Positions 47,347 to 56,654 of a DNA stretch of 64,000 nucleotides are shown here, one piece after another. Position numbers and translations under genes: made by a program. The DNA comes from an uncultured Gammaproteobacteria bacterium. Lineage in GTDB: Bacteria > Patescibacteriota > Patescibacteriia > UBA11705 > DATKZF01. The stretch spans positions 7,331-71,330 of the forward strand of contig CAYPKD010000001.1 of the NCBI GenBank assembly GCA_964411255.1, in the 5' to 3' direction. Each line of letters opens with the position of its first letter. The first letter of the stretch is position 1. The notes under the pieces are model-generated. The model searched no databases. It was not told where the DNA came from and saw only the letters and a program-made list of their open reading frames with translations.

Positions 47347-48094
47347 ATACACTTTGTCCTTGCTTATAACTTGCTATATCTTCCTTATCAAATGTGGCAG
47401 TATCTTTCTCAGCCACTTTTTTTAATACATTATCCATTCTTTTTAGTACTTTCAAAATCTCTGCTTTAAGCGATCCCTGATTAAAAACCTGCTCGTCTAT
47501 TATCAAATACTTAACCCTCTCTTTAATTGCTCCTTGAACTGACATTGTATTTTCAGGGTCAGTTGGTAAAACCACCCAGGAAGGCCAAATACCAGTAATG
47601 AAAAACTGACAATCATTAAAATCTTTAGTTGATCTTAATACTCTAAAAATTTTTGGTGAACACATCAGGCTTTGAATACCAGATTGTTTGGCCAAGGCTG
47701 CTTGATTGGTTATTACCCTACATACTGAACTTGGAAATTGACCAGCTCCATTACTGGCAACCGGCGTATCAATAATCGCTACTGGAGTTGTATCAATCAA
47801 TCTTTGACGCAAGATTTTCATACTTGCCTGTCCAGTCCTGGCTAAAACAGTGATCATTTTTGGTGAATTTAACAGCATCTTATCAATTTCTTCGTTTATC
47901 TTTTCTGGATCACCAATTAATTTTGTATTGACCATTACATGAAAACCTAAATCATTTCGCAAATATTCAAACATCTCTGAATCATACTCTTCTAATAAAA
48001 ATGTTGAAATAAAACCTCGTAAGCTTGGCGCAAATTGCCTGACTTGCTCTATAGGCGATTGTAAAGAAACAATAAGCCGATCTGCTAAATTCAT
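47345..48094 (-). CDS. Degenerate OMP decarboxylase (PyrF)-like protein
   Basis: RLIVSLQ, VMVNTKLIGDP, MITVLARTG, SLMCSP, ITGIWPSW, AIKERVKYLII align in order with PyrF motifs, but catalytic residues are changed. Confidence 0.7.
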   Translation of the reverse strand: MNLADRLIVSLQSPIEQVRQFAPSLRGFISTFLLEEYDSEMFEYLRNDLGFHVMVNTKLIGDPEKINEEIDKMLLNSPKMITVLARTGQASMKILRQRLIDTTPVAIIDTPVASNGAGQFPSSVCRVITNQAALAKQSGIQSLMCSPKIFRVLRSTKDFNDCQFFITGIWPSWVVLPTDPENTMSVQGAIKERVKYLIIDEQVFNQGSLKAEILKVLKRMDNVLKKVAEKDTATFDKEDIASYKQGQSV

Positions 48095-48195
48095 GTTGTC
48101 CTCCTTAGCGAACTAAGCAAATACTCTTTAATTTTACCAAATATTATTAAAAAATCAAAAAAACTTGGCTTTTAGCCTTTTTTTTACTACTATAT

Positions 48196-48897
48196 ATGTA
48201 TATGTCAATTTTATCAGTAATAATTCCAGTTTTTAATGAAGAAAAACGAATTGGCTCCACTCTGCCCCAAATTCAAGGGTTTTTAAATTCAAAAAATATT
48301 GAGCATGAAATAATTGCTGTTGATGATGGCAGTACTGATAATTCTGTTGAAATTGTAAAGAAATTCCCAGATGTGCAAATTATAAAGCATGACAAGAATA
48401 AGGGAAAAGGCGCAGCAGTAAAGACTGGCATTCAAGCTGCCCAAGGCGATTTTATTTTATTTACAGATGCAGACAATTCAACTCCAATCGAGCAATTTAA
48501 TAATTTTGGGAATAAAAAAAATGAATATGATATATTAATTGGATCAAGATATTTGCCAAAAAGCAATATTAAGCTCAAACAGCCCTGGCACAGAAACATT
48601 ATCACCTTTTTTGGCAATAAAACGATTCGGATAATTCTGGGCATAAAACACAAAGATACTCAATGCGGATTTAAATTTTTCAAAAAAAATGTAGCAAAAG
48701 ATTTGATACAAAACCAAACCATAGACCGCTGGGGATTTGACATTGAATTATTATATTTAGCAAAAAAGAAAAATTATTCTGTTAAAGAAATTCCAGTCAC
48801 CTGGATTGACTCGCCTGACAGTAAAGTTAAGCCTTTTGACTTTTTAAAAACATTTGCTGAATTATTAAAAATTAGATTTACAAAATATAAAATATGA
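48196..48897 (+). CDS. GT2 glycosyltransferase (Dol-P-glucosyltransferase-like)
   Basis: IPVFNEE, VDDGSTD, FTDADNST, DTQCGFK, WGFDIE. Confidence 0.92.
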   Translation: MYMSILSVIIPVFNEEKRIGSTLPQIQGFLNSKNIEHEIIAVDDGSTDNSVEIVKKFPDVQIIKHDKNKGKGAAVKTGIQAAQGDFILFTDADNSTPIEQFNNFGNKKNEYDILIGSRYLPKSNIKLKQPWHRNIITFFGNKTIRIILGIKHKDTQCGFKFFKKNVAKDLIQNQTIDRWGFDIELLYLAKKKNYSVKEIPVTWIDSPDSKVKPFDFLKTFAELLKIRFTKYKI

Positions 48898-50051
48898 AGC
48901 CCGTAATAGTCCTCCACTTTGGCGAATTAATGCTCAAGGGTAAAAACCAATCTTTTTTTATAAAAATTTTAATACAAAATATTAAAAATTTTTTAGATAA
49001 AAAAAATTATAATAAAATTATTAGAAAAGAAGGTAAAATTGTAGTAGAAATAAGAGATGCACTATTCCACCCAACCTTAGTTGGCTCACTCAAAAAACTA
49101 CCTGGGATCTCTAATCTCGCTTTTGGTTATCAAACAAAGCCTGATTTAGATCAAATACAAAAAATCGCATTACAAATCGCTAAAGAGAATCCAGCCAAAA
49201 CATTTAAAATTCAAACCAGCCGATCATATAAAAAATTCACACTTAATTCAATGGAAGTTTCCAAACAAGTGGGCGGATTTGTCAAAGCTCAAACTAAAAT
49301 GCAAGTAAATGTTACAACGCCTGAACTTTTAATCAGAGTTGAGATTGCTAAAGATAAGGCCTATGTTCTTGGACCAAAAATCAATGGGCCTGGCGGTTTG
49401 CCAACCGGATCTTCTGGTAAAGTGATTTGCATGATGTCAGGCGGAATTGACAGTCCAGTGGCTGCATATATGATGATGAAACGCGGAGCTAATGTAATTT
49501 TATTTCATGCCCAAAACAAAACCATTACCCAAAAGCAAACTCAAGATAAAATCGAAAAATTAGCAGCCAAGTTGTCAGAATATCAAAAACCAATTAAACT
49601 ATATACAGTTCCTTTTGATCAAATCCAAAAACAAATCATTGCCAATACTGAAAGTTCGTACCGGATGATTATTTACAGAAGATTTATGCATTGCCTGGCA
49701 GATGAAATCAGAAAAAAGGAAAAGGCCAGGGCATTAGTAACCGGTGATAATTTAGCTCAAGTAGCATCGCAAACAATGGAAAACCTTATCTTAATCAGCT
49801 CGGCAACAGATTCATTAATTTTAAGGCCAATCATTGGATTTAATAAGCAGGAAACAATTGATCTGGCAGAAAAAATTGAAACCTATAAAATTTCAATCAT
49901 ACCTTATGCAGACTGCTGCTCATATTTAGTGGCTAAACATCCTCAAACTAAAGGCAAACTGGCTGATGTTGAAAAATTTGAGAAAAACATGGATATTGAT
50001 AAATTAGTTAAAGAGGCGATTGAAAATGCTGAAGTTAAATTATTTAATTAA
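48894..50051 (+). CDS. thiI: tRNA 4-thiouridine synthase
   Basis: GELMLKGKN, THUMP domain, SGGIDSPVA, TGDNLAQVASQT. Confidence 0.95.
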   Translation: MKPVIVLHFGELMLKGKNQSFFIKILIQNIKNFLDKKNYNKIIRKEGKIVVEIRDALFHPTLVGSLKKLPGISNLAFGYQTKPDLDQIQKIALQIAKENPAKTFKIQTSRSYKKFTLNSMEVSKQVGGFVKAQTKMQVNVTTPELLIRVEIAKDKAYVLGPKINGPGGLPTGSSGKVICMMSGGIDSPVAAYMMMKRGANVILFHAQNKTITQKQTQDKIEKLAAKLSEYQKPIKLYTVPFDQIQKQIIANTESSYRMIIYRRFMHCLADEIRKKEKARALVTGDNLAQVASQTMENLILISSATDSLILRPIIGFNKQETIDLAEKIETYKISIIPYADCCSYLVAKHPQTKGKLADVEKFEKNMDIDKLVKEAIENAEVKLFN

Positions 50052-50052
50052 A

Positions 50053-50136
50053 GTAAAACGAGCAAGAAAGCAAAACAAGCAAGACGAGTTGTTAAATACT
50101 TGTTTTACTTGTCTCGCTCGTCTCGCTTGTCTCGCT
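50053..50136. repeat. 9-bp GC(A/G)AGAC(A/G)A array followed by inverted array
   Basis: aaaacgagcaagaaagcaaaacaagcaagacgag / cttgttttacttgtctcgctcgtctcgcttgtctcgc; also 55331..55421, 4021..4058. Confidence 0.78.
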
Positions 50137-50140
50137 ATAT

Positions 50141-51061
50141 ATGTTAAACATCGCAGTTCTAGGAGGCGGCACCTCTTCTGAAAGAGAAGTCAGCCTCAAA
50201 TCATCAAAAAAAGTATTTGAAAACCTTGATGAATCTAAATACATTAAGGAATATTTTGATTTTCCGTCAGATTTGGATAAATTTCTTAAAGACTATAAAA
50301 AATTTGACGTAGTAATGCCAGTTTTTCACGGACCTGGCGGTGAAGATGGCACTATTCAAGGTTTTTTAAACACACTCGGCTTAAAATTTACATTTTCTGA
50401 CGTAGAAACGCATGCAATTGCCATGAATAAAAATATTACTAAAATAATAATGAATGGTATTGGATTATTGAATCCCAAATATAAAATGTTGGATTATAAA
50501 AATATTAAAAAACATGACATTGAAAAAGACTTTGGATATCCTTTTGTTGCTAAAGTTAACCGGGGTGGTTCAAGTATTGGCGTAGAAATTATAAATAATA
50601 AAGATGAATTTAATGAAAAAATACAAAATGTAATAAAGCACAAGCAAGATATCATGATTGAAGAATATATACCGGGCAAGGAAGAAACCGTTGCCATTTT
50701 GGGAAATGGAAATGATTCTGTTGCTATGCCAGTTACAGAAATACGTCCAAAAACAGAATTCTTCGATTATAAAGCAAAATATGATCCAGAATTTTGTGAT
50801 GAAATTTGTCCAGCGCCAATTGAAAACGACTTGGCAAAAGAATTGCAAAAGCAGGCATTATTAGTTCATCAAACTCTGGGCTGCCGTGGAATTTCAAGAT
50901 CTGATTTTATTGTTGCCGAAAATAATAAAATTTACTTTTTAGAAATAAACACCATTCCAGGAATGACCAATGCTTCACTCTTCCCTCAGGCAGCAGCAGT
51001 CAGCGGCTATGACTATCCTAAATTTCTAGATAAACTAATTGAACTAGCACTCCAGGAATGA
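50141..51061 (+). CDS. ddl: D-alanine--D-alanine ligase
   Basis: GGTSSEREVS, HGPGGEDGTIQG, GSSIGV, LEINTIPGMT..SLFP. Confidence 0.96.
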   Translation: MLNIAVLGGGTSSEREVSLKSSKKVFENLDESKYIKEYFDFPSDLDKFLKDYKKFDVVMPVFHGPGGEDGTIQGFLNTLGLKFTFSDVETHAIAMNKNITKIIMNGIGLLNPKYKMLDYKNIKKHDIEKDFGYPFVAKVNRGGSSIGVEIINNKDEFNEKIQNVIKHKQDIMIEEYIPGKEETVAILGNGNDSVAMPVTEIRPKTEFFDYKAKYDPEFCDEICPAPIENDLAKELQKQALLVHQTLGCRGISRSDFIVAENNKIYFLEINTIPGMTNASLFPQAAAVSGYDYPKFLDKLIELALQE

Positions 51062-51073
51062 CAACCTTTCTTG

Positions 51074-51162
51074 CCCTGCACCGAACTCTGTTCTGGTGCA
51101 GGGAGTTTATTACCCCAGCCTTCACTGCTCATACGTCATCCCCGACTCCAATCGGGGACCTC
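51074..51162. repeat. REP-like palindromes
   Basis: CCCTGCACC...GGTGCAGGG and GTCATCCCCGA-ctcca-ATCGGGGA. Confidence 0.55.
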
Positions 51163-51215
51163 TTAGTAGTTGCAGTGCAGTAACAAAAAAAACCGCAAAC
51201 ATGCTTTGCGAATTT

Positions 51216-51392
51216 TTATTTTCTAAAATATTTATCGTAAATCTTAATCGAATAATATAATACAAATCCTCCCAGAACTGGCCCGATTAATATTCCCCAA
51301 AGGCCAATTAAAAACAATGATGTAAAACAGATCAAAACGCATAAAAGACAGGCAACTAATACGATCCAAAAATCTTTGACTCCCCTGTCCAT
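51216..51392 (-). CDS. Small two-TM membrane protein (58 aa)
   Basis: SD GGGGAG before MDRGVKDFWIV; upstream TTGACC-17-TAAAGT. Confidence 0.65.
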   Translation of the reverse strand: MDRGVKDFWIVLVACLLCVLICFTSLFLIGLWGILIGPVLGGFVLYYSIKIYDKYFRK

Positions 51393-51443
51393 GATTCTCC
51401 CCCTCTTTTGAACCACTTTACTTTAATACAAATAAAAAAAGAG

Positions 51444-51574
51444 GTCAAGCGGCCTCGCCTTTGTCATTTCGACCGAAGTGGAGAAATCTAATAAACTGTT
51501 GGCCGCTTTAATTAGATCTCTCGATTCCACTGCGCTGCGCTCGAGATGACAGTTTAGGGCGGCCAAATAAAAAA
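51444..51574. repeat. ~130-bp repeat copy 1 (REP-like GTCATTTCGACCGAAGTGGAGAAATCT...CTCGAGATGAC core)
   Basis: Direct repeat of 52046..52179. Confidence 0.88.
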
Positions 51575-51595
51575 CCGCAGAAATGTTCTACGGAT

Positions 51596-51805
51596 CTATT
51601 TTACTCCCACCAATTCTCTGCTAAACTCCTTCCAGTCAAGATGCTGAACAATATTCCAGATAACATAATCTGAAATAATCAAACCTCCGAGTGTACACAG
51701 CAAAGGAATGGACAGAGTCCAAAAAGCTGGAACAGCCAGGCCAATAAAAGATAAAATGGCAAAAATTGTATAAATGTTCACAAATTTATCTCTTCTGCTA
51801 CTCAT
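51596..51805 (-). CDS. Small two-TM membrane protein (69 aa)
   Basis: MSSRRDKFVNIYTIFAIL...; ATGA overlap with the upstream ORF. Confidence 0.62.
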   Translation of the reverse strand: MSSRRDKFVNIYTIFAILSFIGLAVPAFWTLSIPLLCTLGGLIISDYVIWNIVQHLDWKEFSRELVGVK

Positions 51806-51972
51806 CTTTTCGATCTTTTCCCAATAATATATCCGACTACCATAGTCAAAACAGACATTACGATAATTCCAAACTTTTCCCAGCTTGGAGAGTGGATAAA
51901 CCATATACCTAAACAAATATACATAACAATAAGCATAGCTAAAAATTTCTTAGCCATTTCTTTGTCTCTCAT
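51802..51972 (-). CDS. Small two-TM membrane protein (56 aa)
   Basis: SD AAAGGAGG; MRDKEMAKKFLAMLIVMYICLGIWF...IIGKRSKR*; not in the ORF track. Confidence 0.65.
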   Translation of the reverse strand: MRDKEMAKKFLAMLIVMYICLGIWFIHSPSWEKFGIIVMSVLTMVVGYIIGKRSKR

Positions 51973-52045
51973 GCTTGCCTCCTTTGGGCATTGCAGGTTT
52001 TCATGTTAATGAACCTCAATAAAATTTAGCATAAATAAAAGAAAT

Positions 52046-52179
52046 GTCAAGCGGCCTCGCCTCATTTGTCATTTCGACCGAAGTGGAGAAATCTAATAAA
52101 CCGTTGACCGCTTCAGTAAGCTCTCTCGACTCCGCTACGCTGCGCTCGAGATGACAATCCAGGGCGGCCAAATAAAAAA
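52046..52179. repeat. ~130-bp repeat copy 2
   Basis: Direct repeat of 51444..51574; followed by a third partial AAATAAAAAAGAGGTCAAGCG. Confidence 0.88.
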
Positions 52180-52306
52180 GAGGTCAAGCGACCCCGTTTT
52201 TGTTGTAAGGCATAGCGGCCCGTATAGGCATAGTTGTAAGTTGTAGTTATTCCAACAACAACGCCTTAAAACCATACTGGCTGCCATGCCTTAAACATAC
52301 AACCAA

Positions 52307-53950
52307 TCACAGCATCCCCTTCTCTGCATTCTCCATACTGGCCTTTATAAAAGCATTAAACAACGGATGGCCCGTAAATGGCCTGGATTTAAATTCAGGA
52401 TGAAACTGAGTGCCTATAAAAAACGGATGGTCTGGTACTTCGATAATTTCAACCAATTTTCGGTCAGGAGATTCTCCGGCAAGTAATAATCCATTTTGCT
52501 CCAGTATTCCCCGATAATCATTATTTAATTCATATCGATGCCGATGACGCTCTGAAATATCTTCAATACCATAGGCTTTGAAACTTTTTGAATTTTTATT
52601 TAAAACACACGGATATGCGCCTAAACGCATTGTTGATCCATAATTATGCTCTTTAATATTTTCAATCTGCTCTGGCATAATATCAATTACTTTTGTCTCT
52701 GCATTTTCATCCATTTCACAAGTGGTGGCATTTGTTAATCCACATACATTTCTGGCAAATTCAATGGTCGCCAGCTGCATTCCATAACATAATCCAAAAT
52801 ATGGAATTTTATTTTCCCTCACAAACTGAATCGCTTTTATCTTTCCTTCAATACCTCGTGTTCCAAAGCCGCCTGGCACAATAACTCCTGCGTATTTTTT
52901 AAGTTCTTCAAGACGATTTGAATTTTCTTCATAATCTTCTGATCCCAGCCAGTCAATATCAGGCTTTACACCATGCATCCAGCAGGCATGCTTGATTGCT
53001 TCAATTACACTTATATATGAATCAGATAGAACAAAATCTCCAATATTAAAATATTTTCCTACAATGCCGATCTTTAGTGACTTGTCTGAGCTTTTTATCC
53101 TTTTCATTAACTCTTCCCATTCATTCAATCCAGCATACTCTTCTTTTGATTCTAAACCGAATTTTTTTAAAATTTTATTGCTAAAATGTTCTTTTTCAAA
53201 ATTAATTGGAACTTCATAGATATAATCAATATCTGGCGCAGATATAATATTATCAAAAGGTAAACTACCATTGGTTGCGATTTTTCGTTTTCGTACCTCA
53301 TCCAAAGACACTTCTGACCGGCATAGCACAAAATCAGGCTGAATACCTGCGGAATTTAATGTTCGAATCGCATACTGAGTCGGCTTTGTTTTCATTTCGC
53401 CCACTTTACTTGGGATCGGCAGATAAGTTACCAAAACAAATGCAACATCATTTGTATTTTTTAATTTCATCATTCTAGCTGCTTCCAAAAACAATAAATT
53501 TTGATATTCACCCACAGTTCCGCCAATTTCAATTATCATAATCTCAGATTCTGTCTCTTTCGTTGCCTGCTGCACCCGATCAATGATCTCATAAGGAATA
53601 TGAGGCACTACTTCCACGCATTTACCGTCATATTGTAAATTTCTCTCTTTACTAATAACAGACTGGTATACTCTACCAGTCGTCATATAATTTGTAGCGC
53701 AAATATTTGTATCTAAAAATCTCTCATAATTGCCAATATCCTGATCTGTTTCATCACCATCATCAGTTACAAAAACTTCGCCATGCTCAGTCGGATTCAT
53801 AGTGCCGGCATCAACATTAATATACGGGTCCATTTTTATGGCAGAAACTTCAAAACCTTTGGCTTTTAAAATCGCGCCAATAGACGCTGTTGCCACGCCT
53901 TTGCCCACTCCTGACATTACCCCCCCTACTACAAAAATGAATTTTGCCAT
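52307..53950 (-). CDS. pyrG: CTP synthase
   Basis: GGVMSGVGKG, DPYINVDAGTM, KTKPTQ, GLCYGMQ, QFHPE. Confidence 0.99.
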   Translation of the reverse strand: MAKFIFVVGGVMSGVGKGVATASIGAILKAKGFEVSAIKMDPYINVDAGTMNPTEHGEVFVTDDGDETDQDIGNYERFLDTNICATNYMTTGRVYQSVISKERNLQYDGKCVEVVPHIPYEIIDRVQQATKETESEIMIIEIGGTVGEYQNLLFLEAARMMKLKNTNDVAFVLVTYLPIPSKVGEMKTKPTQYAIRTLNSAGIQPDFVLCRSEVSLDEVRKRKIATNGSLPFDNIISAPDIDYIYEVPINFEKEHFSNKILKKFGLESKEEYAGLNEWEELMKRIKSSDKSLKIGIVGKYFNIGDFVLSDSYISVIEAIKHACWMHGVKPDIDWLGSEDYEENSNRLEELKKYAGVIVPGGFGTRGIEGKIKAIQFVRENKIPYFGLCYGMQLATIEFARNVCGLTNATTCEMDENAETKVIDIMPEQIENIKEHNYGSTMRLGAYPCVLNKNSKSFKAYGIEDISERHRHRYELNNDYRGILEQNGLLLAGESPDRKLVEIIEVPDHPFFIGTQFHPEFKSRPFTGHPLFNAFIKASMENAEKGML

Positions 53951-54023
53951 ATGTTATTAGGGAGTAGATCGGTAGTATACATATATCCTACCAATCTACT
54001 TTTCTACTGATCTACCAATCTAA

Positions 54024-54464
54024 TCACTCTGCTTTTGCTTCTAAATCAATCTGTACTACTTTATCACCAGACTGAATGTTTATATTATAATTTCCAGCTT
54101 TTTTTATAGACTCTTCTAATTTTATTTGTTTTGTTTTTACAGGTAAATTTTTCTTATTTAATTCTGCAGCAATTTTATCAGCAGTGATACCAGCAAAAAA
54201 TGTGCCGTTTTCATCTGCTTTTGAACTCATTTCTAATTTCAATCCCTGCAGCTGATCTGCCAAACTTTGCATATCAACTTTTCCCTTTTTTTTCACTGAC
54301 TGATGTCTTTTTTTCATCGCCTGAGCTTTAGCCACCTCAGCTTCAGTAGCCATTTTTGCCATTTTATGTGGAATTAAAAAATTTCTAGCATACCCGTCTG
54401 CTACCTGCTTAACATCGCCAATCTGGCCTAATTTTGGATCATTTTTTATTAAAACTATCTTCAT
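54024..54464 (-). CDS. rplI: 50S ribosomal protein L9
   Basis: LGQIGDVKQVADGYARNFLIP. Confidence 0.96.
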   Translation of the reverse strand: MKIVLIKNDPKLGQIGDVKQVADGYARNFLIPHKMAKMATEAEVAKAQAMKKRHQSVKKKGKVDMQSLADQLQGLKLEMSSKADENGTFFAGITADKIAAELNKKNLPVKTKQIKLEESIKKAGNYNINIQSGDKVVQIDLEAKAE

Positions 54465-54471
54465 ATTTACA

Positions 54472-54561
54472 ATAGTTCTTAGTTCTATAGTTCTATGGTT
54501 CTTAATTTTGAATACTTTGTCTTTTTCTTGTTCTAACTATAGAACAATAGAACTATATAAC
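54472..54561. repeat. 8-bp (A/G)GTTCTAT array followed by inverted array
   Basis: atagttcttagttctatagttctatggttct / aactatagaacaatagaactat. Confidence 0.72.
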
Positions 54562-54583
54562 TCCACATTAGCTTAACATTAAA

Positions 54584-55321
54584 TTATTTTTTATGCAAAA
54601 ATTCTTTATAATACAGACTTGCAGCTACAACACAAGCTGGTAAAAATATCAAGTTAAATACTGGAATCAATGAACCTATTAATGCTCCCAATCCAAAGCC
54701 TAACATTGACCAACGATGCTTTTTCCATGCTGCCAGCTTATGATCAAATGTCCATTCACGCTTATCAAACTCAAAATCTAAAAATTCCATTGCCAAAAAC
54801 CACGAGGTAATCAAAATATTTATAATCGTTATTATGGTTGCGCCAATTAATGGAAATAGACTTATTAGAAGCAGCATTATTTGAGAAGCAAGAAAAATTA
54901 AAATCCGTTTTATTCCCCCACCCAAAGATTCCCATAAAATTATAATATTTTCTTTGGTGGTGTGTTTTCTTTCTTCTTCATCTATTTTTAATATCTTTGA
55001 TGTCTTTCTGGATAAAAATTCATAAAAGGGCGATCCAAAAATATTGGTCAAAGCAACAAAAGTAAATAGCATTAAAAATAAAATTAATATCACACCGACT
55101 CCAATAATCAAATAATATAATATTTTCTCAAACCATACATCCAATGATAAAAAATTCAAAGAACTGCTGGTAAAGCTGATAAAAAAATAGATAATGACAG
55201 CGTAAATAGCAAAATTTATTAAAACAGGAAATCCAACATAAGCTAATAATTTTTTATTGCTAAATAAAAATCGTAATCCCTTAAACGGTAGCACAAATCC
55301 TTTGGATATCTGATCAAACAT
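54584..55321 (-). CDS. EI24/CysZ family membrane protein
   Basis: Multi-TM; SPFYEFLS, EFLDF, IPVFNL..PACVVAA. Confidence 0.85.
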   Translation of the reverse strand: MFDQISKGFVLPFKGLRFLFSNKKLLAYVGFPVLINFAIYAVIIYFFISFTSSSLNFLSLDVWFEKILYYLIIGVGVILILFLMLFTFVALTNIFGSPFYEFLSRKTSKILKIDEEERKHTTKENIIILWESLGGGIKRILIFLASQIMLLLISLFPLIGATIITIINILITSWFLAMEFLDFEFDKREWTFDHKLAAWKKHRWSMLGFGLGALIGSLIPVFNLIFLPACVVAASLYYKEFLHKK

Positions 55322-55330
55322 ATATATAAA

Positions 55331-55421
55331 AACAAGACAAGCGAAACAAGTAAAACAAGCGACATAAGTTAGACATTCATATACTTGTCTTGCTCGTCTT
55401 GCTAGTCTCGCTTGTCTTGCT
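55331..55421. repeat. 9-bp repeat array followed by inverted array (same family as 50053..50136)
   Basis: aacaagacaagcgaaacaagtaaaacaagcgac / cttgtcttgctcgtcttgctagtctcgcttgtcttgc. Confidence 0.78.
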
Positions 55422-56639
55422 TTATTGTTCTTTTAATATTTCTAATGCCCTATCTAACTGCGGATCCAAATCATTTTCAAAATCTTCCCTGGTATATTCA
55501 ACCTCTTCATCAGGCGATACACCTTCTTCGCTAATGGAAATGCCGTTTGGCGTCAGCCATTTGGCAATAGTGATCTTTAATGAAGAACCGTCAGATAAAG
55601 TTTGTAAATTTTGTACTGAACCTTTTCCAAAAGTTTGTTCACCAACCAATGTCGCCTTTTCATAATCTTTTAATGCGCCGGCTACAATTTCTGAGCCTGA
55701 AGCACTTCCTCTGTCAATTAAAACAACCGTTGGGATATTTGTAAAGTCAGAAGTTCCTTTGGCTTTATATTCAATAACAGTTCCGTCTCCGAATTTTTCA
55801 CTCACCACTACATTACTGTTTTCAACCCAGGCTGAGGCTACAAATATTGCACTGTCCAGCAAGCCTCCTGGATTATTTCTCATATCCAAAACTATGCCCT
55901 TCACATTCTTTGATTTCATTTCCTCAACCGCTTTTTGAAATAAGGAATTTGTATCTGTATTAAAGTTTGAAATTTCAATATAGGCAATATTTCCATCCTT
56001 AATTTCAGTTTTTACACTCTGTATATAAATAACGTCCCGAGTAACTTCAACATCAAATGGCTCAGTGTCTTCCCTGACAATTGACAAAGTTACAACTGTG
56101 CCTTTTTCTCCGCGAATACGTTGTACTGCTTCTGAAACAGTCAGATCTGTGGCGTCTTCGCCGTCAATCGCATAAACTTTATCTCCAGCTTTTATTCCAG
56201 CTCTTTCCGCAGGAGAATCTGATAATGGCGCCACAATTACAATAAATCCTCCTTTTTGGGCAATCTCTGCCCCAATTCCCTGAAATTTTCCGTCAATATC
56301 TTCATTAAATTCTTTTGTTTTTTTAGGAGTCATAAAAACCGTATAAGGATCTTCTAATCCAGCCACTAACCCAGACATCATTGTATTAAACATTTTCTGA
56401 TTGTCTATCTTTTCTTTATCCACATAATCACGGTCTATAATTTTTAAAATTTCATCCATTATAGAAAAGTTGAACTCTTCAGGATACTTGCTGCTTTTCA
56501 ATTTAGTTTTTGACAAAACTGACTTATCTGTATGACTTACTTTTCCAGCAAAAAAGCCTCCCAGGCCTGACGCAATTATTAAAATAATAACAACCAATAC
56601 AACCAGCCATTTATTTGATTTTTTTCTTTGTAACTTCAT
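55422..56639 (-). CDS. S41 carboxy-terminal processing protease (CtpA-like)
   Basis: DPYT, PDZ GIGA, DMRNNPGG, SASGSEI, TFGKGSVQ. Confidence 0.95.
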   Translation of the reverse strand: MKLQRKKSNKWLVVLVVIILIIASGLGGFFAGKVSHTDKSVLSKTKLKSSKYPEEFNFSIMDEILKIIDRDYVDKEKIDNQKMFNTMMSGLVAGLEDPYTVFMTPKKTKEFNEDIDGKFQGIGAEIAQKGGFIVIVAPLSDSPAERAGIKAGDKVYAIDGEDATDLTVSEAVQRIRGEKGTVVTLSIVREDTEPFDVEVTRDVIYIQSVKTEIKDGNIAYIEISNFNTDTNSLFQKAVEEMKSKNVKGIVLDMRNNPGGLLDSAIFVASAWVENSNVVVSEKFGDGTVIEYKAKGTSDFTNIPTVVLIDRGSASGSEIVAGALKDYEKATLVGEQTFGKGSVQNLQTLSDGSSLKITIAKWLTPNGISISEEGVSPDEEVEYTREDFENDLDPQLDRALEILKEQ

Positions 56640-56654
56640 ATATTAAATACGCAT

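Noticed and set aside
47345-48094. Calling this gene pyrF
   Set aside because: Essential catalytic residues are missing, so no symbol was assigned.
52200-52305. AAC/GTT-rich spacer as the DGR template repeat
   Set aside because: Does not align with either variable region. It looks like another short-unit inverted spacer, and no reverse transcriptase was found in the window.
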